A stretch of DNA of 64,000 bases from Escherichia phage fDHCT2: the sequence record OR427838.1, one strand, 5' to 3'. A program made the position numbers and the translations under genes. Below the pieces are notes generated by a model. It worked only from the letters and a program-made list of their open reading frames with translations. It ran no database searches and was not told the origin of the DNA. Below are positions 9,329 to 18,762 of the stretch, one piece after another. Every line of letters begins with the position of its first letter. Within the stretch, counting starts at the first letter, position 1.

Positions 9329-9580
9329 TTAAATTCCTAATATTTGTTTGAATGCTTCAGAACGGTCGAGTTCTGTTCCATATTTTTCCATGTGCTCATA
9401 TTTTAAATCATACACATCAGACAGTATATTATTATACGAACGAGTTAAAGCAGATTTTAAAACTGAATAACTGTCCGGAAATTTACCATGCTCTTTATAA
9501 TAAGCTAGAGTAAGTTCGCGGACTGCCTTATCGGCAGCCTCTACATATTCTTTACGCTTTGCCATTTTCGTCTCGCTCAA
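9329..9580 (-). CDS. hypothetical protein
   Basis: 83-aa ORF. Confidence 0.5.
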   Translation of the reverse strand: MSETKMAKRKEYVEAADKAVRELTLAYYKEHGKFPDSYSVLKSALTRSYNNILSDVYDLKYEHMEKYGTELDRSEAFKQILGI

Positions 9581-9773
9581 ATCGGTGTTTACAATGACGG
9601 CATTTGTACTGAAGCGGATTGTGTCGCCAACAAGTCAATTGGACCTGTTCAGTTCCACATTCAGGACAGTTTGGAACATTCTTAGAAGCTCGTTCGCGAC
9701 GTTCTACAATTTTAATAATTTGATTCCAATCAGGAATAGTTTGGTCGATATCATCGGCTAATTGGTATTTCAT
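9552..9773 (-). CDS. zinc-ribbon protein
   Basis: CPECG...CRHCKH two CxxC pairs. Confidence 0.5.
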   Translation of the reverse strand: MKYQLADDIDQTIPDWNQIIKIVERRERASKNVPNCPECGTEQVQLTCWRHNPLQYKCRHCKHRFERDENGKA

Positions 9774-10780
9774 TTCAACAGCTCCAGAGCTTGTTCAAGA
9801 CGGTCTAAACGATTGGTAGACTCTTCCCAAAGTTTCTTGGCGGCGGTATATTGCCCGGTCAGTTTTTTGTTAATAGCAAGGGCATCTTTATATGCTTTTT
9901 CTAAGGCAACGACTTCCGGTAACTTGGATTTAGTAATTGGTGTAGGGGCCATGATAGGGCTGTTCAAGTCGTTAATCAAGTCTTCTAATGTAGCAGGCTC
10001 TTTATCAGTGTTCACAATTTCCTCACATTTTTCTTGGTAAATTTCAGCATCAGTTTTTGGAACGGGGCATTTGATTTCGCGAACTGTTACCAAAACTTCA
10101 TATCCTTTCCAGCCTAAGTGGTGTTTAACTTCTTGGGTCTCATATTTCTCTACTGTATCCATCAAAGCTAAGGCTTGTTCGATAGTATTCAAGGTATCGT
10201 AAGCAATATCTTGATACTTTACAACTTCCGCATCATCTTTAGGTTTCCTATTAGGTGACCAAATAACAGAAATAATAGCTTTTCCTTTATAACTATTTGT
10301 TTTAATCATGCAATTAGCCATCGGGTGAATAGTACGACAATCACCGGAAACTATAGTTTTAGAGGCCGCTTTGAGAATTAATGCAGAGTTAGCCTTGAAT
10401 TCGGTAACCCAACGTTGCGGAAATAAACTACTAGGGTCCATACCTTTAATTTTGATATAACTTTTTATGGTATCACCAAACCATTTGTAGCTAACAGCAT
10501 GGCTAGAACCCGGATATTTCTCTTTACCGAACTCAGAAAGGATGTCCTTATTGACCAGTCGAGAAAGCAGTCGAGAACCTTTAAATGTATCTACGATATC
10601 AGGAATAAACAAACGACCCGCTATCTTTTCGATTTCAGCTTTGAAACAGCGCGATAATGCATCATCAATTTGGTCGACCCATTTATTGATATTAGAAACT
10701 ATTACCACATATGGGGTTAATGGAGGGGTATTGGCAGTGATATACGTAGTAAAGGCATTGATGTATTCAGTACGGGTCAT
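9770..10780 (-). CDS. hypothetical protein (~336 aa)
   Basis: start placed at Met preceded by gaggag SD (MTRTEYINAF...); coiled-coil C-terminus. Confidence 0.55.
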   Translation of the reverse strand: MTRTEYINAFTTYITANTPPLTPYVVIVSNINKWVDQIDDALSRCFKAEIEKIAGRLFIPDIVDTFKGSRLLSRLVNKDILSEFGKEKYPGSSHAVSYKWFGDTIKSYIKIKGMDPSSLFPQRWVTEFKANSALILKAASKTIVSGDCRTIHPMANCMIKTNSYKGKAIISVIWSPNRKPKDDAEVVKYQDIAYDTLNTIEQALALMDTVEKYETQEVKHHLGWKGYEVLVTVREIKCPVPKTDAEIYQEKCEEIVNTDKEPATLEDLINDLNSPIMAPTPITKSKLPEVVALEKAYKDALAINKKLTGQYTAAKKLWEESTNRLDRLEQALELLK

Positions 10781-10839
10781 GATATTCTCCTCAGCAGTTG
10801 ATAAAAGGATTATACTCCATCCGTCCTTGGATGTAAACA

Positions 10840-11709
10840 TTATTTTAGAGCTAATACTGCCGCGCGAAGCTTGTCACGCTGGATTTCCATATTCTTGATG
10901 CGAATCAATACGTCTTGAATACTCTTTTTCTCATCTTCGATCTGACCATTTAAACGGTGGATTGATTCCTGGAGGTGGTCCTCATGATACTTCTCGATAG
11001 GTTTCATCGTAGGGTTAGTAACAACCAAAGAATTATCAGGTTTAATTTTCCAATGATACGGTTCTGAATTGAATGGACTCGGCACAGCCGTGGTTTTGAA
11101 TTTGTCATAAGTAGCATACTGGCCTACAGGCCCATATGACGCGGTGGAGATTCGACGTTCCATTTGTGGGTCCTTTTGTTGTGGTTGATAAGGCGCATAA
11201 GACAAAAGATATTCACGAGTTAGTTTAACATTAAAATACACTGCATCAGGCCGCCCGGAACAATCAGCATATTCATCTGTTGTAACCTTATATGATTCTA
11301 CTGCCTTAATACGAGTCATTGCCTCTCTGAATAAGGTTTCGAATGCTTCACGAAGGGCCTTATTGCCTTTTGAGGTGGGACGGAAACGAACTTGAATACC
11401 GTCAGGCAGAATATTAATGACCAGGTTACGAGCCGTAAAATTAATATTTTTGATATTAACAGGAACCGTAGAAATACGTCCTGCAGTAGCCAAGAGGTCT
11501 TTAATATTAGCTCGTAATGTCGCGCCAAATAAATGAGCTGGGCTACGGCAATAATCGTTCAAAGAACTAATATAAGTTCCTTTACGGCCTACGCCGTAAG
11601 TGTAGTTACCATTACGAATCTGACCAAAGTCTGCTAACCGGTCAATAGCGATACGACGAGTAGTGTCATGGTCGTATATAGAGTATTCTTTACGCGTTTT
11701 AATGTTCAT
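10840..11709 (-). CDS. hypothetical protein (~289 aa)
   Basis: long ORF, start at MNIKTRKEY; coiled-coil C-terminus. Confidence 0.55.
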   Translation of the reverse strand: MNIKTRKEYSIYDHDTTRRIAIDRLADFGQIRNGNYTYGVGRKGTYISSLNDYCRSPAHLFGATLRANIKDLLATAGRISTVPVNIKNINFTARNLVINILPDGIQVRFRPTSKGNKALREAFETLFREAMTRIKAVESYKVTTDEYADCSGRPDAVYFNVKLTREYLLSYAPYQPQQKDPQMERRISTASYGPVGQYATYDKFKTTAVPSPFNSEPYHWKIKPDNSLVVTNPTMKPIEKYHEDHLQESIHRLNGQIEDEKKSIQDVLIRIKNMEIQRDKLRAAVLALK

Positions 11710-11710
11710 A

Positions 11711-11911
11711 TTAAAGTCCAAATAATTTTTCATAGAGTTTAGCTAAAGGCCAAGTCACAATAGAAACTATTCCAAATAAAGCAAGCACCGGCCAAATAAA
11801 GGTAGCGAATACTGCTTCGCCACCTGAGCTAATTTCCATATGTTTGCGGCCAATCAGAACAGTAATGAATCCTAATGCAAGGTACAGAAGAATAAAACCT
11901 GCGATTTCCAT
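11711..11911 (-). CDS. small membrane protein
   Basis: 66 aa, two hydrophobic helices. Confidence 0.5.
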   Translation of the reverse strand: MEIAGFILLYLALGFITVLIGRKHMEISSGGEAVFATFIWPVLALFGIVSIVTWPLAKLYEKLFGL

Positions 11912-11913
11912 AA

Positions 11914-12753
11914 TTAATCCTTAAGAAGATTTAGGATATCGATATATTTCTGACGTTCGGCCTTAGCTTTAGCATTCAGACCAGAGAGTCGGAAAATCTC
12001 ATCATCTTGTTGCTGAATTGTAACATTCAAGCAAGTAAGCAAATTGCTAAAATACTCGATTTGAGCTTGATGTTTCTCATTGCTGCGCACTGGTACAGGT
12101 TCTGGTTTAGGAGCTTCTGGGTGCTCTTCAGCCAGGTCTTTAATTTTATAAAGTTTAATACGCTGACCTGCTCCAGTTTCGGCATCACCAAAACTAAGAA
12201 CACCGCGGCATTCCAGTACAGACAACGCCAAACGAAGATGGAATTTCCAGTTTTCGTATTGACATCCACTAAAAGAAGAAATACTGTATTCACCTTCATT
12301 TTGACCTTTAATAACATTAAATAGTTTATAATCTAAAGAATTATTGGTTTTAAATGTCATTTGTTTATCAAGACCTTTTGCAAGTCGAGCACCAAGAGCC
12401 AGTAGACGTCGTTGGTTGGCATGAAGGTCTTGAACAACTTCGTCAAATGACATCACCGGGATTAAACGACCATAAAGGTCGTAGCCTTTGTTATAATTTT
12501 TAAGAATAATTTTGGCATTAGCACGAGACAACATACCCGTTTTACGAAGAGTTTTCATGACTCGGTCTTCTAACGTAAACGAACCTTTAGTCTTGTCAAA
12601 GATTTTAGTGAAGTCATCTTTAACAGTACAAACGTTGAACTTGTCCCACATCATATATAGAACCTTTTCAACTACTTCTTTAGAACTCGGAATACGACCA
12701 AATTTAACAACTTTTTTAACTTCAGAACGAATTTGATTAATTGCCTGTGACAT
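11914..12753 (-). CDS. hypothetical protein (279 aa)
   Basis: long ORF with gaggaaa SD. Confidence 0.55.
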   Translation of the reverse strand: MSQAINQIRSEVKKVVKFGRIPSSKEVVEKVLYMMWDKFNVCTVKDDFTKIFDKTKGSFTLEDRVMKTLRKTGMLSRANAKIILKNYNKGYDLYGRLIPVMSFDEVVQDLHANQRRLLALGARLAKGLDKQMTFKTNNSLDYKLFNVIKGQNEGEYSISSFSGCQYENWKFHLRLALSVLECRGVLSFGDAETGAGQRIKLYKIKDLAEEHPEAPKPEPVPVRSNEKHQAQIEYFSNLLTCLNVTIQQQDDEIFRLSGLNAKAKAERQKYIDILNLLKD

Positions 12754-12816
12754 AATAATTTCCTCAGTAAGTAATTAAGAACCTAGAACCATTATACCAT
12801 CCTTGGTATAAAGCGT

Positions 12817-13341
12817 TTATGCGAGAACCGTCTTTAAACGCTCTTCAAATTTCTGAAGCAGAGCTTGGCGTTCAGCTCGTTGTGATTTGTACTGCTCGAT
12901 ACGACCTGAAGTGAGGGCGTACTGTTCGTTTACTGATTCCCGCATGAATTCAGGAATCTCTTTACAAGCTTTGATTTCGTCAAACTTATCAATAACAGCT
13001 TGTTGTTCAGCAATCAGATTATCGAAATAAGCGATATCAGATTTAACGTTTGCCAGGTCGGATTCAGTAGGCATTAAACGTTTGTTACGTTCAGCTTGAT
13101 AAGCTTGATTGTTTTCACGACTCCAGTGAAGAGTACGTTTTTTGTTAGTGTTTTTATAGAGCTCTACAATACCAACTGAATCGATGACTGCAATCCAGTT
13201 CCAATGGCTTTTGTAAATCTCTCCTCCAGATACGGTAATCTCATTACCACAAGCAACATCGTTAAAGAACTTGCTTTGTTTTTCAGATTTGAAATTACCG
13301 TTGTTGAAATTAATCAGTGAAAAAATATCTTTAGCGTTCAT
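12817..13341 (-). CDS. hypothetical protein (174 aa)
   Basis: ORF directly downstream of an early promoter. Confidence 0.55.
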   Translation of the reverse strand: MNAKDIFSLINFNNGNFKSEKQSKFFNDVACGNEITVSGGEIYKSHWNWIAVIDSVGIVELYKNTNKKRTLHWSRENNQAYQAERNKRLMPTESDLANVKSDIAYFDNLIAEQQAVIDKFDEIKACKEIPEFMRESVNEQYALTSGRIEQYKSQRAERQALLQKFEERLKTVLA

Positions 13342-13367
13342 GATAACCTCCAGTAGTTGATAGGTCT

Positions 13368-13396
13368 ATAGTATCATTTCTACTGGAGATGTAAAC
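13368..13396 (-). promoter_or_regulatory. T4-type early sigma70 promoter
   Basis: GTTTAC-17nt-TACTAT with TGa; inverted repeat ctccagtag/ctactggag flanks -10 and includes the SD. Confidence 0.6.
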
Positions 13397-13398
13397 AA

Positions 13399-13740
13399 CT
13401 AATAAAAACTTTTTTCACCTGCTTGCCCACTAAACCATGCGGATTGAGTGTTCTCTTTCCGTTGGTGTTTAATACGAATAAGGTATTCGTTCCTGATGGC
13501 GCAGAGTTCATCTCTGAAGTCGACTGCCAACTTAACCTGCTTACGGTCTAGATTTATTAAGGCCTGGGTCTTCGCGGCCAAGGCCAGTCTCTTGTAGTCT
13601 CCTTCTTCACAATCGGTTTTGTAAACCTTCTCGGCGAATTGGTGTTTAAATTCATTATCATAGTCTTCAATAGACTGTTTCATGGCATTAGAGTATTTCA
13701 ACTCTGCTTTTATAAGGTCATAACTAAATTGTTCGAACAT
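13399..13740 (-). CDS. hypothetical protein
   Basis: 113-aa ORF. Confidence 0.5.
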   Translation of the reverse strand: MFEQFSYDLIKAELKYSNAMKQSIEDYDNEFKHQFAEKVYKTDCEEGDYKRLALAAKTQALINLDRKQVKLAVDFRDELCAIRNEYLIRIKHQRKENTQSAWFSGQAGEKSFY

Positions 13741-13750
13741 AATTTCACCT

Positions 13751-14731
13751 TTATTTCAGAAGTGTAACTTCAGCGATTTCGCTCCAGTCATTTTTATCGG
13801 TGGCAATGAAGTCCGCCAGATAAAGAGCCGTACGTAATGATACGTTACGAAGACGAGATACATTGGCCTTCATCCATGCTAGAGCTTGATAAGTCTCAGC
13901 ATCAGTCAGACCTCGGTTTTGCATCATATCAGTGGACAGGATAACGTCTTCAACACGAACCATAATCTCTTCATTCGAGTGAACTCCGAGGTCTAAGTAA
14001 ACTGAACGAGATACTAAAGCCTGGAGGTGTGGAGCAAGTTTAGTGCCACGTTCTAATTCACGGTCAATATCAACGTTGGTGATGAACACGATGGTGCCTT
14101 CATATTCGAATTCTTTATCGATATTTTTATCATCGAGGTAAGAACTTGAAGTGCTCCAGCACACCTTACGTTTTTCACCGGTATCCAATGCCGCTTTTAA
14201 CAGGTTCAGGATATCCATATCAGAGAATACATCGACATCATCGATAAGAAGAACACTATTAGGGCCGCGGTTATTCCAAAGCTGCTCGTAAAGACCGATT
14301 CCACTAATCTTTCCGTTGATTGATTTATATTCGATAGTTTCATTTTCGTGGGCATTCTGTAATGCTTTATCCAAAGAATACGTTTTACCAATACCTGCGG
14401 CACCAGAGATGATAAGGGAACGAATTTTACCATCGATGATTCCGTTAGTCATCATGTTCATTACTTTAAAACGTTTGTTGATGCGGTGTTTCATTTCTTC
14501 AGCGGATTCAGTAACCACTACAGGAGCTTCAGCACCTTCCATTTCAACATCACATTTGAACACCCATATACCACGTTCAACACCATCAATCTGTACGAAT
14601 ACCTTACCATCACCGAGGTGAGCTTCGGATTCATGAATTTTGTTAGGGAACCAGGTTTTACCTGAACTCATGAACGTACCAGAGATTTCATTACCGCGAT
14701 AGATACCTTTGTTGATTTTGATAGTTAACAT
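13751..14731 (-). CDS. P-loop (AAA-type) ATPase with ~120-aa N-terminal domain
   Basis: Walker A GAAGIGKT, Walker B VLLIDDVD; start at MLTIKINKG. Confidence 0.65.
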   Translation of the reverse strand: MLTIKINKGIYRGNEISGTFMSSGKTWFPNKIHESEAHLGDGKVFVQIDGVERGIWVFKCDVEMEGAEAPVVVTESAEEMKHRINKRFKVMNMMTNGIIDGKIRSLIISGAAGIGKTYSLDKALQNAHENETIEYKSINGKISGIGLYEQLWNNRGPNSVLLIDDVDVFSDMDILNLLKAALDTGEKRKVCWSTSSSYLDDKNIDKEFEYEGTIVFITNVDIDRELERGTKLAPHLQALVSRSVYLDLGVHSNEEIMVRVEDVILSTDMMQNRGLTDAETYQALAWMKANVSRLRNVSLRTALYLADFIATDKNDWSEIAEVTLLK

Positions 14732-14768
14732 TATATTCTCCGTTTCACTCAGTAGATTTGATAGGTCC

Positions 14769-14797
14769 ATAATAACATGCTCTACGAGGTTGTAAAC
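14769..14797 (-). promoter_or_regulatory. T4-type early sigma70 promoter
   Basis: GTTTAC-17nt-TATTAT with TGt. Confidence 0.55.
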
Positions 14798-14813
14798 ACT
14801 TTTTTGCACTAAA

Positions 14814-14839
14814 CCCAAAAAAGGACCCCGAAGGGTCCT
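14814..14839 (-). terminator. rho-independent terminator
   Basis: minus-strand aggacccttcggggtcct hairpin + TTTTTT. Confidence 0.6.
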
Positions 14840-15033
14840 AAATTGCGCTCCAATAATTATGGAAGCGGATATTATTGATAGCCCAGTTAATACAACGTCT
14901 TATCTGCTTAGTCGTAGGCTTGCATACGTACTTGAAATTGATTCTTCTACCGGTTTCTCTACAAACTACTTCAAGATACCAACGACAGGTTTTATGAGGT
15001 CTTCCATATGACAGGAAAACCTTGATTTCTTCT

Positions 15034-16044
15034 TTAACGGTAATAAGAGTTGTGGTTGTCAAGATACACCTCTTCGACGAACTTGTCCCAGAACTTCATG
15101 TCCACCTTCGCAGGCATACCGTTCTTAGCAGCCCAGATGGCATTAGTTTCGACTTCATCAACTATAGCTTCAAGTTCAGCCTGCACATCTTTAAAAGCAT
15201 GTAACCCCTGTTTGATTTCAAGGATAAATGGCGCAGTACGTAAAGGGTATTGAAGGTCACCAGTTTGATAGATTTCCTTCAACTGGTATCCGGCCCTATA
15301 AGCATGACTCAGAGCTTTCCAGTCAATACCTTCATTGGCTTCTGCCTTACGAGCACGTTCACCATATTCGGCGTCAAGCTTATTCAGAGATTGCTTGAGC
15401 TCGATTAATGACAAAGTAGTCTGATATTTACGTCCGAGAACAGTATAGAACGTTTGTGGGCCTGTTTTCTCATGGTTATGGAATACCCATTCACAGAATT
15501 CGTTTTCAGGGAGTCGATGTTTGATATCTTCTACCTTAGTGCGACGTTGTTTAGTGGAACCATCTTCTTGATAATCGACCCACTGTTCAGGAATCTGGTT
15601 AACAATTGCCAGTACACCACGTAAAGCGGCCAGACGAGAACCTTTAACACCATATTTAGAAGCTTGCTTACGGACGTACCCTAAATAGGCTTTCATGTTG
15701 GTTGTATAGAAACGCGAACGGTTGTCTTGGATAAATTTCCATACGTCAGGTAAATCAGATTTAACCACCATTTCAGGTGGGGTGTGGAGCATATCCAGAG
15801 CAACGGTTTCGCCATCAGCAGCCAGTTTAAAGAAATATTTCAGGCTATAAAGCTCATGGTCAACATCATCTTTAGTGTTTTTGGAAGCAGTGTTATTCGT
15901 GTTCAGGTTGGTATGGTTCATAGCCGTACCTAACAGAATATCACGCGGATGTGGAACAAAGATTTCTTTAAAATCGATATCAGATTCCGGAGTACTTGTT
16001 CCATAAAGGTGGCTACCGAAGTAGCCTTTCATAACTGTTCTCAT
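15034..16044 (-). CDS. Pol-beta-superfamily nucleotidyltransferase (336 aa)
   Basis: GSHLYGTSTPESDIDF (GS-x9-DxD) motif and downstream DVDHE; ATGA overlap with upstream membrane-protein stop. Confidence 0.7.
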   Translation of the reverse strand: MRTVMKGYFGSHLYGTSTPESDIDFKEIFVPHPRDILLGTAMNHTNLNTNNTASKNTKDDVDHELYSLKYFFKLAADGETVALDMLHTPPEMVVKSDLPDVWKFIQDNRSRFYTTNMKAYLGYVRKQASKYGVKGSRLAALRGVLAIVNQIPEQWVDYQEDGSTKQRRTKVEDIKHRLPENEFCEWVFHNHEKTGPQTFYTVLGRKYQTTLSLIELKQSLNKLDAEYGERARKAEANEGIDWKALSHAYRAGYQLKEIYQTGDLQYPLRTAPFILEIKQGLHAFKDVQAELEAIVDEVETNAIWAAKNGMPAKVDMKFWDKFVEEVYLDNHNSYYR

Positions 16045-16493
16045 TCTTTGTTCTCGAAGTGGATTACAGGACACATCTTAGATTTACGAGCTTTAATGTA
16101 TTGAATAACGATATTTTCTTTAGTTTCTCGGCCTTCACGCTCAGCTTGAATACGTTGCCATTCCTTTTCTTCTCTACGGGCATCATACCATGCGTGTAAA
16201 TTCATCGCACCAAATGCCAAACCAATGGATAGCGCAATAATAAGAGCTATTGCAATCAACCCTAAAACAAACCCTAGACTCAACAGAACAGGAGTACTTA
16301 ATACAAAGAAATGCTCTAATACACCAGCTCCTGCAACAGTTAATCCAAAAAGCGTACTACCTGCAACAACAGCACAAGCAAAACAAGCCCAAATCATTTT
16401 CCAGAAATATGCACATAAAGAGTGTGGTCGAGAATGGCTGTCATAAAAATGGTCGTGTAATTTAACGTGCCAAGAGTTTGAATTGATAATCAT
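16041..16493 (-). CDS. membrane protein (2-3 TM helices)
   Basis: 150 aa with long hydrophobic segments; translationally coupled to the nucleotidyltransferase. Confidence 0.6.
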   Translation of the reverse strand: MIINSNSWHVKLHDHFYDSHSRPHSLCAYFWKMIWACFACAVVAGSTLFGLTVAGAGVLEHFFVLSTPVLLSLGFVLGLIAIALIIALSIGLAFGAMNLHAWYDARREEKEWQRIQAEREGRETKENIVIQYIKARKSKMCPVIHFENKE

Positions 16494-16503
16494 AATATTT
16501 TCC

Positions 16504-17064
16504 TTAAGAGTTCATAGTTGGGATAACAGAGTTCAGATAAGAGACTAAAACTTTTAGCTCGTCTTTAGTAAATACAACTTCACTTTCACCGTCATGTCTT
16601 TGGACAATGGACAACAAATCACGACCCTGATGTTGATACACGGATAATTCGGTATCATAATCCAGTTCTTCTTCATCACCTTCAAATGTTTCACTAGAAC
16701 GAATTACAGCATCTTGTCCAGGGACTTTCCATTCAACTTCTGGCTTGCATTCTTCCTGGAAGAGTTTGAAAATACATTTAAAGAAATTACTAGAATCGCT
16801 AATGCTTAGGCATTCCGTATCAGTTTCGATATTAAACCCGTTGTCATGGTTATAAATCTGGGCCCACATATCATCATTAATATCAAATACACCTCTAAAA
16901 CTACCATTAAGATATTCGTGTTTGTCCAAAACCTTTAAATCGTAAAGTGGTTTGATATCTTGGATAGTCAGTACGATTTTATCGTCTTCTTGTGAAAGCA
17001 CAATTGCATTATCAACTACTTCAGCGGTCAGGTCACCAAACAGCCCAGATGTTTCAATAATCAT
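16504..17064 (-). CDS. hypothetical acidic protein (186 aa)
   Basis: Asp/Glu-rich ORF. Confidence 0.55.
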   Translation of the reverse strand: MIIETSGLFGDLTAEVVDNAIVLSQEDDKIVLTIQDIKPLYDLKVLDKHEYLNGSFRGVFDINDDMWAQIYNHDNGFNIETDTECLSISDSSNFFKCIFKLFQEECKPEVEWKVPGQDAVIRSSETFEGDEEELDYDTELSVYQHQGRDLLSIVQRHDGESEVVFTKDELKVLVSYLNSVIPTMNS

Positions 17065-17074
17065 TTTCCGTTCC

Positions 17075-17257
17075 TCATTTCACATTTTGTTTAATAAAAT
17101 TTAACAACTCTTTAAGAGCTTCATCTTCTTCTTTAGAAAGCCTGCTGCATTCACTAGCTGGGTAATCATTGCAAAACGCAGTTTCAAATCTAGCAACTGT
17201 ACCTGCATAGGCCTCGATAAGCTCTTCAAGCTTTAAATGTTTTTCTTCGGTTTTCAT
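17075..17257 (-). CDS. hypothetical protein
   Basis: 60-aa ORF. Confidence 0.45.
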   Translation of the reverse strand: MKTEEKHLKLEELIEAYAGTVARFETAFCNDYPASECSRLSKEEDEALKELLNFIKQNVK

Positions 17258-17260
17258 AAA

Positions 17261-17527
17261 TCACCGGTTATGTTTTAAAATACTATAAAGCTCTTCGACC
17301 TGGCTCGCATTCAGACAAATCATATCATTTTCTTGTTGGAGCGTAATTCCACCTTTTTCTTCCCAATCTTTAACAAAGATGTCATCGTCAGATTCTTCAA
17401 CATCTGCCAAGAGGACAATAATACCGTCTTCAGAATTACCACTTGGGTCGTATAACATTACAGTTTCCTCGCTAACCATGAAAAGAATAAACCAATTAAA
17501 ACAGGCCCTATAAGCATTGTTAACCAA
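17261..17527 (-). CDS. hypothetical acidic protein
   Basis: 88-aa ORF; true start may be internal Met. Confidence 0.45.
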   Translation of the reverse strand: MVNNAYRACFNWFILFMVSEETVMLYDPSGNSEDGIIVLLADVEESDDDIFVKDWEEKGGITLQQENDMICLNASQVEELYSILKHNR

Positions 17528-17577
17528 GCCCAGGGTTCTAAGTAATAAATCATCTCATACTCCTGTGCCATCAGCCA

Positions 17578-17760
17578 TTATGCTTTCAACTCATTAAGAT
17601 ACTCAACCAATGCAGCTTTAGAATTAGCCAAATCTCGTTTACACTGCTCTATTCCGGAATATGAATAGCCTTCACAATATTCAACGGCCAGGTCATTGGA
17701 TGCGTTTTCAATGTGCTGGGCGAGTTTAAGGATTTGTTCAATCTGTTCAGTAGTTAACAT
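17578..17760 (-). CDS. hypothetical protein
   Basis: 60-aa ORF. Confidence 0.45.
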   Translation of the reverse strand: MLTTEQIEQILKLAQHIENASNDLAVEYCEGYSYSGIEQCKRDLANSKAALVEYLNELKA

Positions 17761-17764
17761 AATA

Positions 17765-18001
17765 TCACCAGTATTTGTTGATAGTAGAAATTAATTCTTG
17801 GGCTTGGGTGGTTTTCAGTTTACATCCACAACCCTTTAATGTGTCTTTAAGGAGCCACGGTTCCTTGAGCTCGCCCTTTTCTAGACGAATTCTGTATCCT
17901 CGATAATCAGCGAAGATACTTCGGTCGTCGAATATCTTAATCTCAAGGATACGACCGTTGATTTCATATTCTAATGAAACCGTAGTACTTGTAAGTTTCA
18001 C
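17765..18001 (-). CDS. hypothetical protein
   Basis: 78-aa ORF; first codon appears to be GTG. Confidence 0.45.
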   Translation of the reverse strand: MKLTSTTVSLEYEINGRILEIKIFDDRSIFADYRGYRIRLEKGELKEPWLLKDTLKGCGCKLKTTQAQELISTINKYW

Positions 18002-18029
18002 ACCGTTCTCCTCATTAGTTGATAGGTCT

Positions 18030-18059
18030 ATAGTATCACGTTCCTAGAGGATGTAAATA
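18030..18059 (-). promoter_or_regulatory. T4-type early sigma70 promoter
   Basis: ATTTAC-17nt-TACTAT with TGa, located just downstream of a terminator. Confidence 0.5.
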
Positions 18060-18065
18060 CCTAAA

Positions 18066-18093
18066 CGAAAAAAGGTCCCACCGAAGTGAGACC
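18066..18093 (-). terminator. rho-independent terminator
   Basis: minus-strand ggtctcac-TTCG-gtgggacc hairpin + TTTTTT. Confidence 0.65.
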
Positions 18094-18098
18094 TTTGA

Positions 18099-18482
18099 TT
18101 ATTCTAACGTTAACAAATATTTAGTCTGGTAAAAGACCCCAGTGATATCGTCCAAAGTCGACTGGATGGCCTTAGGAAGGGTAACATAGATTTTATCAGA
18201 TGCTTTAAGAAGCTCGTCAAGGAAATCTACAGGGTCCTTAGGCAAGTCTGAAGCAGACGGTAATGATGCTTTATATTCTTTGCCACTGAATCCAAGATAT
18301 TGCTCACTAAATTGGTCCAGCGGTCCTTGAACTTCTACATAATAGAAGTCATACGCTTTGTGTCTTGCATAGCTTTTGGTTTCTAAATGGGCTGACTTAA
18401 AATAGGCTAAAGAAACCAGTAGCCAACCAATATAAGAATCCACTTCAGACCCTCGACCGGGTACGAAATCATTGAACTTCAT
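18099..18482 (-). CDS. hypothetical protein
   Basis: 127-aa ORF. Confidence 0.5.
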   Translation of the reverse strand: MKFNDFVPGRGSEVDSYIGWLLVSLAYFKSAHLETKSYARHKAYDFYYVEVQGPLDQFSEQYLGFSGKEYKASLPSASDLPKDPVDFLDELLKASDKIYVTLPKAIQSTLDDITGVFYQTKYLLTLE

Positions 18483-18762
18483 CTTCCACCTTCATTAGTT
18501 TTGCATAACGCTCTCCGATGGCACGACCCTCAATTGAGCACGCTTCTATAGTCCGACAACTTGATATCTTCCAAGAAGCCGTAACATAGGCCCAATAGTC
18601 TTCGGAGGCCTTTATGCTAGGTCTACTCATTTGCGCATAAACAGGCATCGCACTACTAGCAAATGCATCCATCAATTTATCGTGAGTATTATTTGCTAGT
18701 GAAACTGTAGGGCTTAAACATCCTGCCATAAGGATACAAGCCGCTGTACGGAAAATATCCAT
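18469..18762 (-). CDS. rI: Lysis-inhibition regulator RI-like (antiholin) secreted protein
   Basis: 97 aa, N-terminal signal-like segment; C-terminal CRTIEACSIEGRAIGERYAKLM resembles T4 RI; upstream of tk as in T4. Confidence 0.6.
   Translation of the reverse strand: MDIFRTAACILMAGCLSPTVSLANNTHDKLMDAFASSAMPVYAQMSRPSIKASEDYWAYVTASWKISSCRTIEACSIEGRAIGERYAKLMKVEDEVQ

Noticed and set aside
5391-12770. 22-nt exact repeat tgtgacataataatttcctcag at 5397 and 12748 as a mobile-element or recombination site
   Set aside because: Both copies are the translation-initiation regions (SD gaggaaa + ATG TCA CAG) of two unrelated genes starting MSQAI; this is conserved start context, not a mobile repeat.
14838-15062. 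74-aa Cys-rich minus-strand ORF overlapping the 3' end of the nucleotidyltransferase gene and the terminator
   Set aside because: Overlaps the NTase coding end and runs through the terminator hairpin; probably not a real gene, though a short C-terminal overlapping peptide cannot be excluded.
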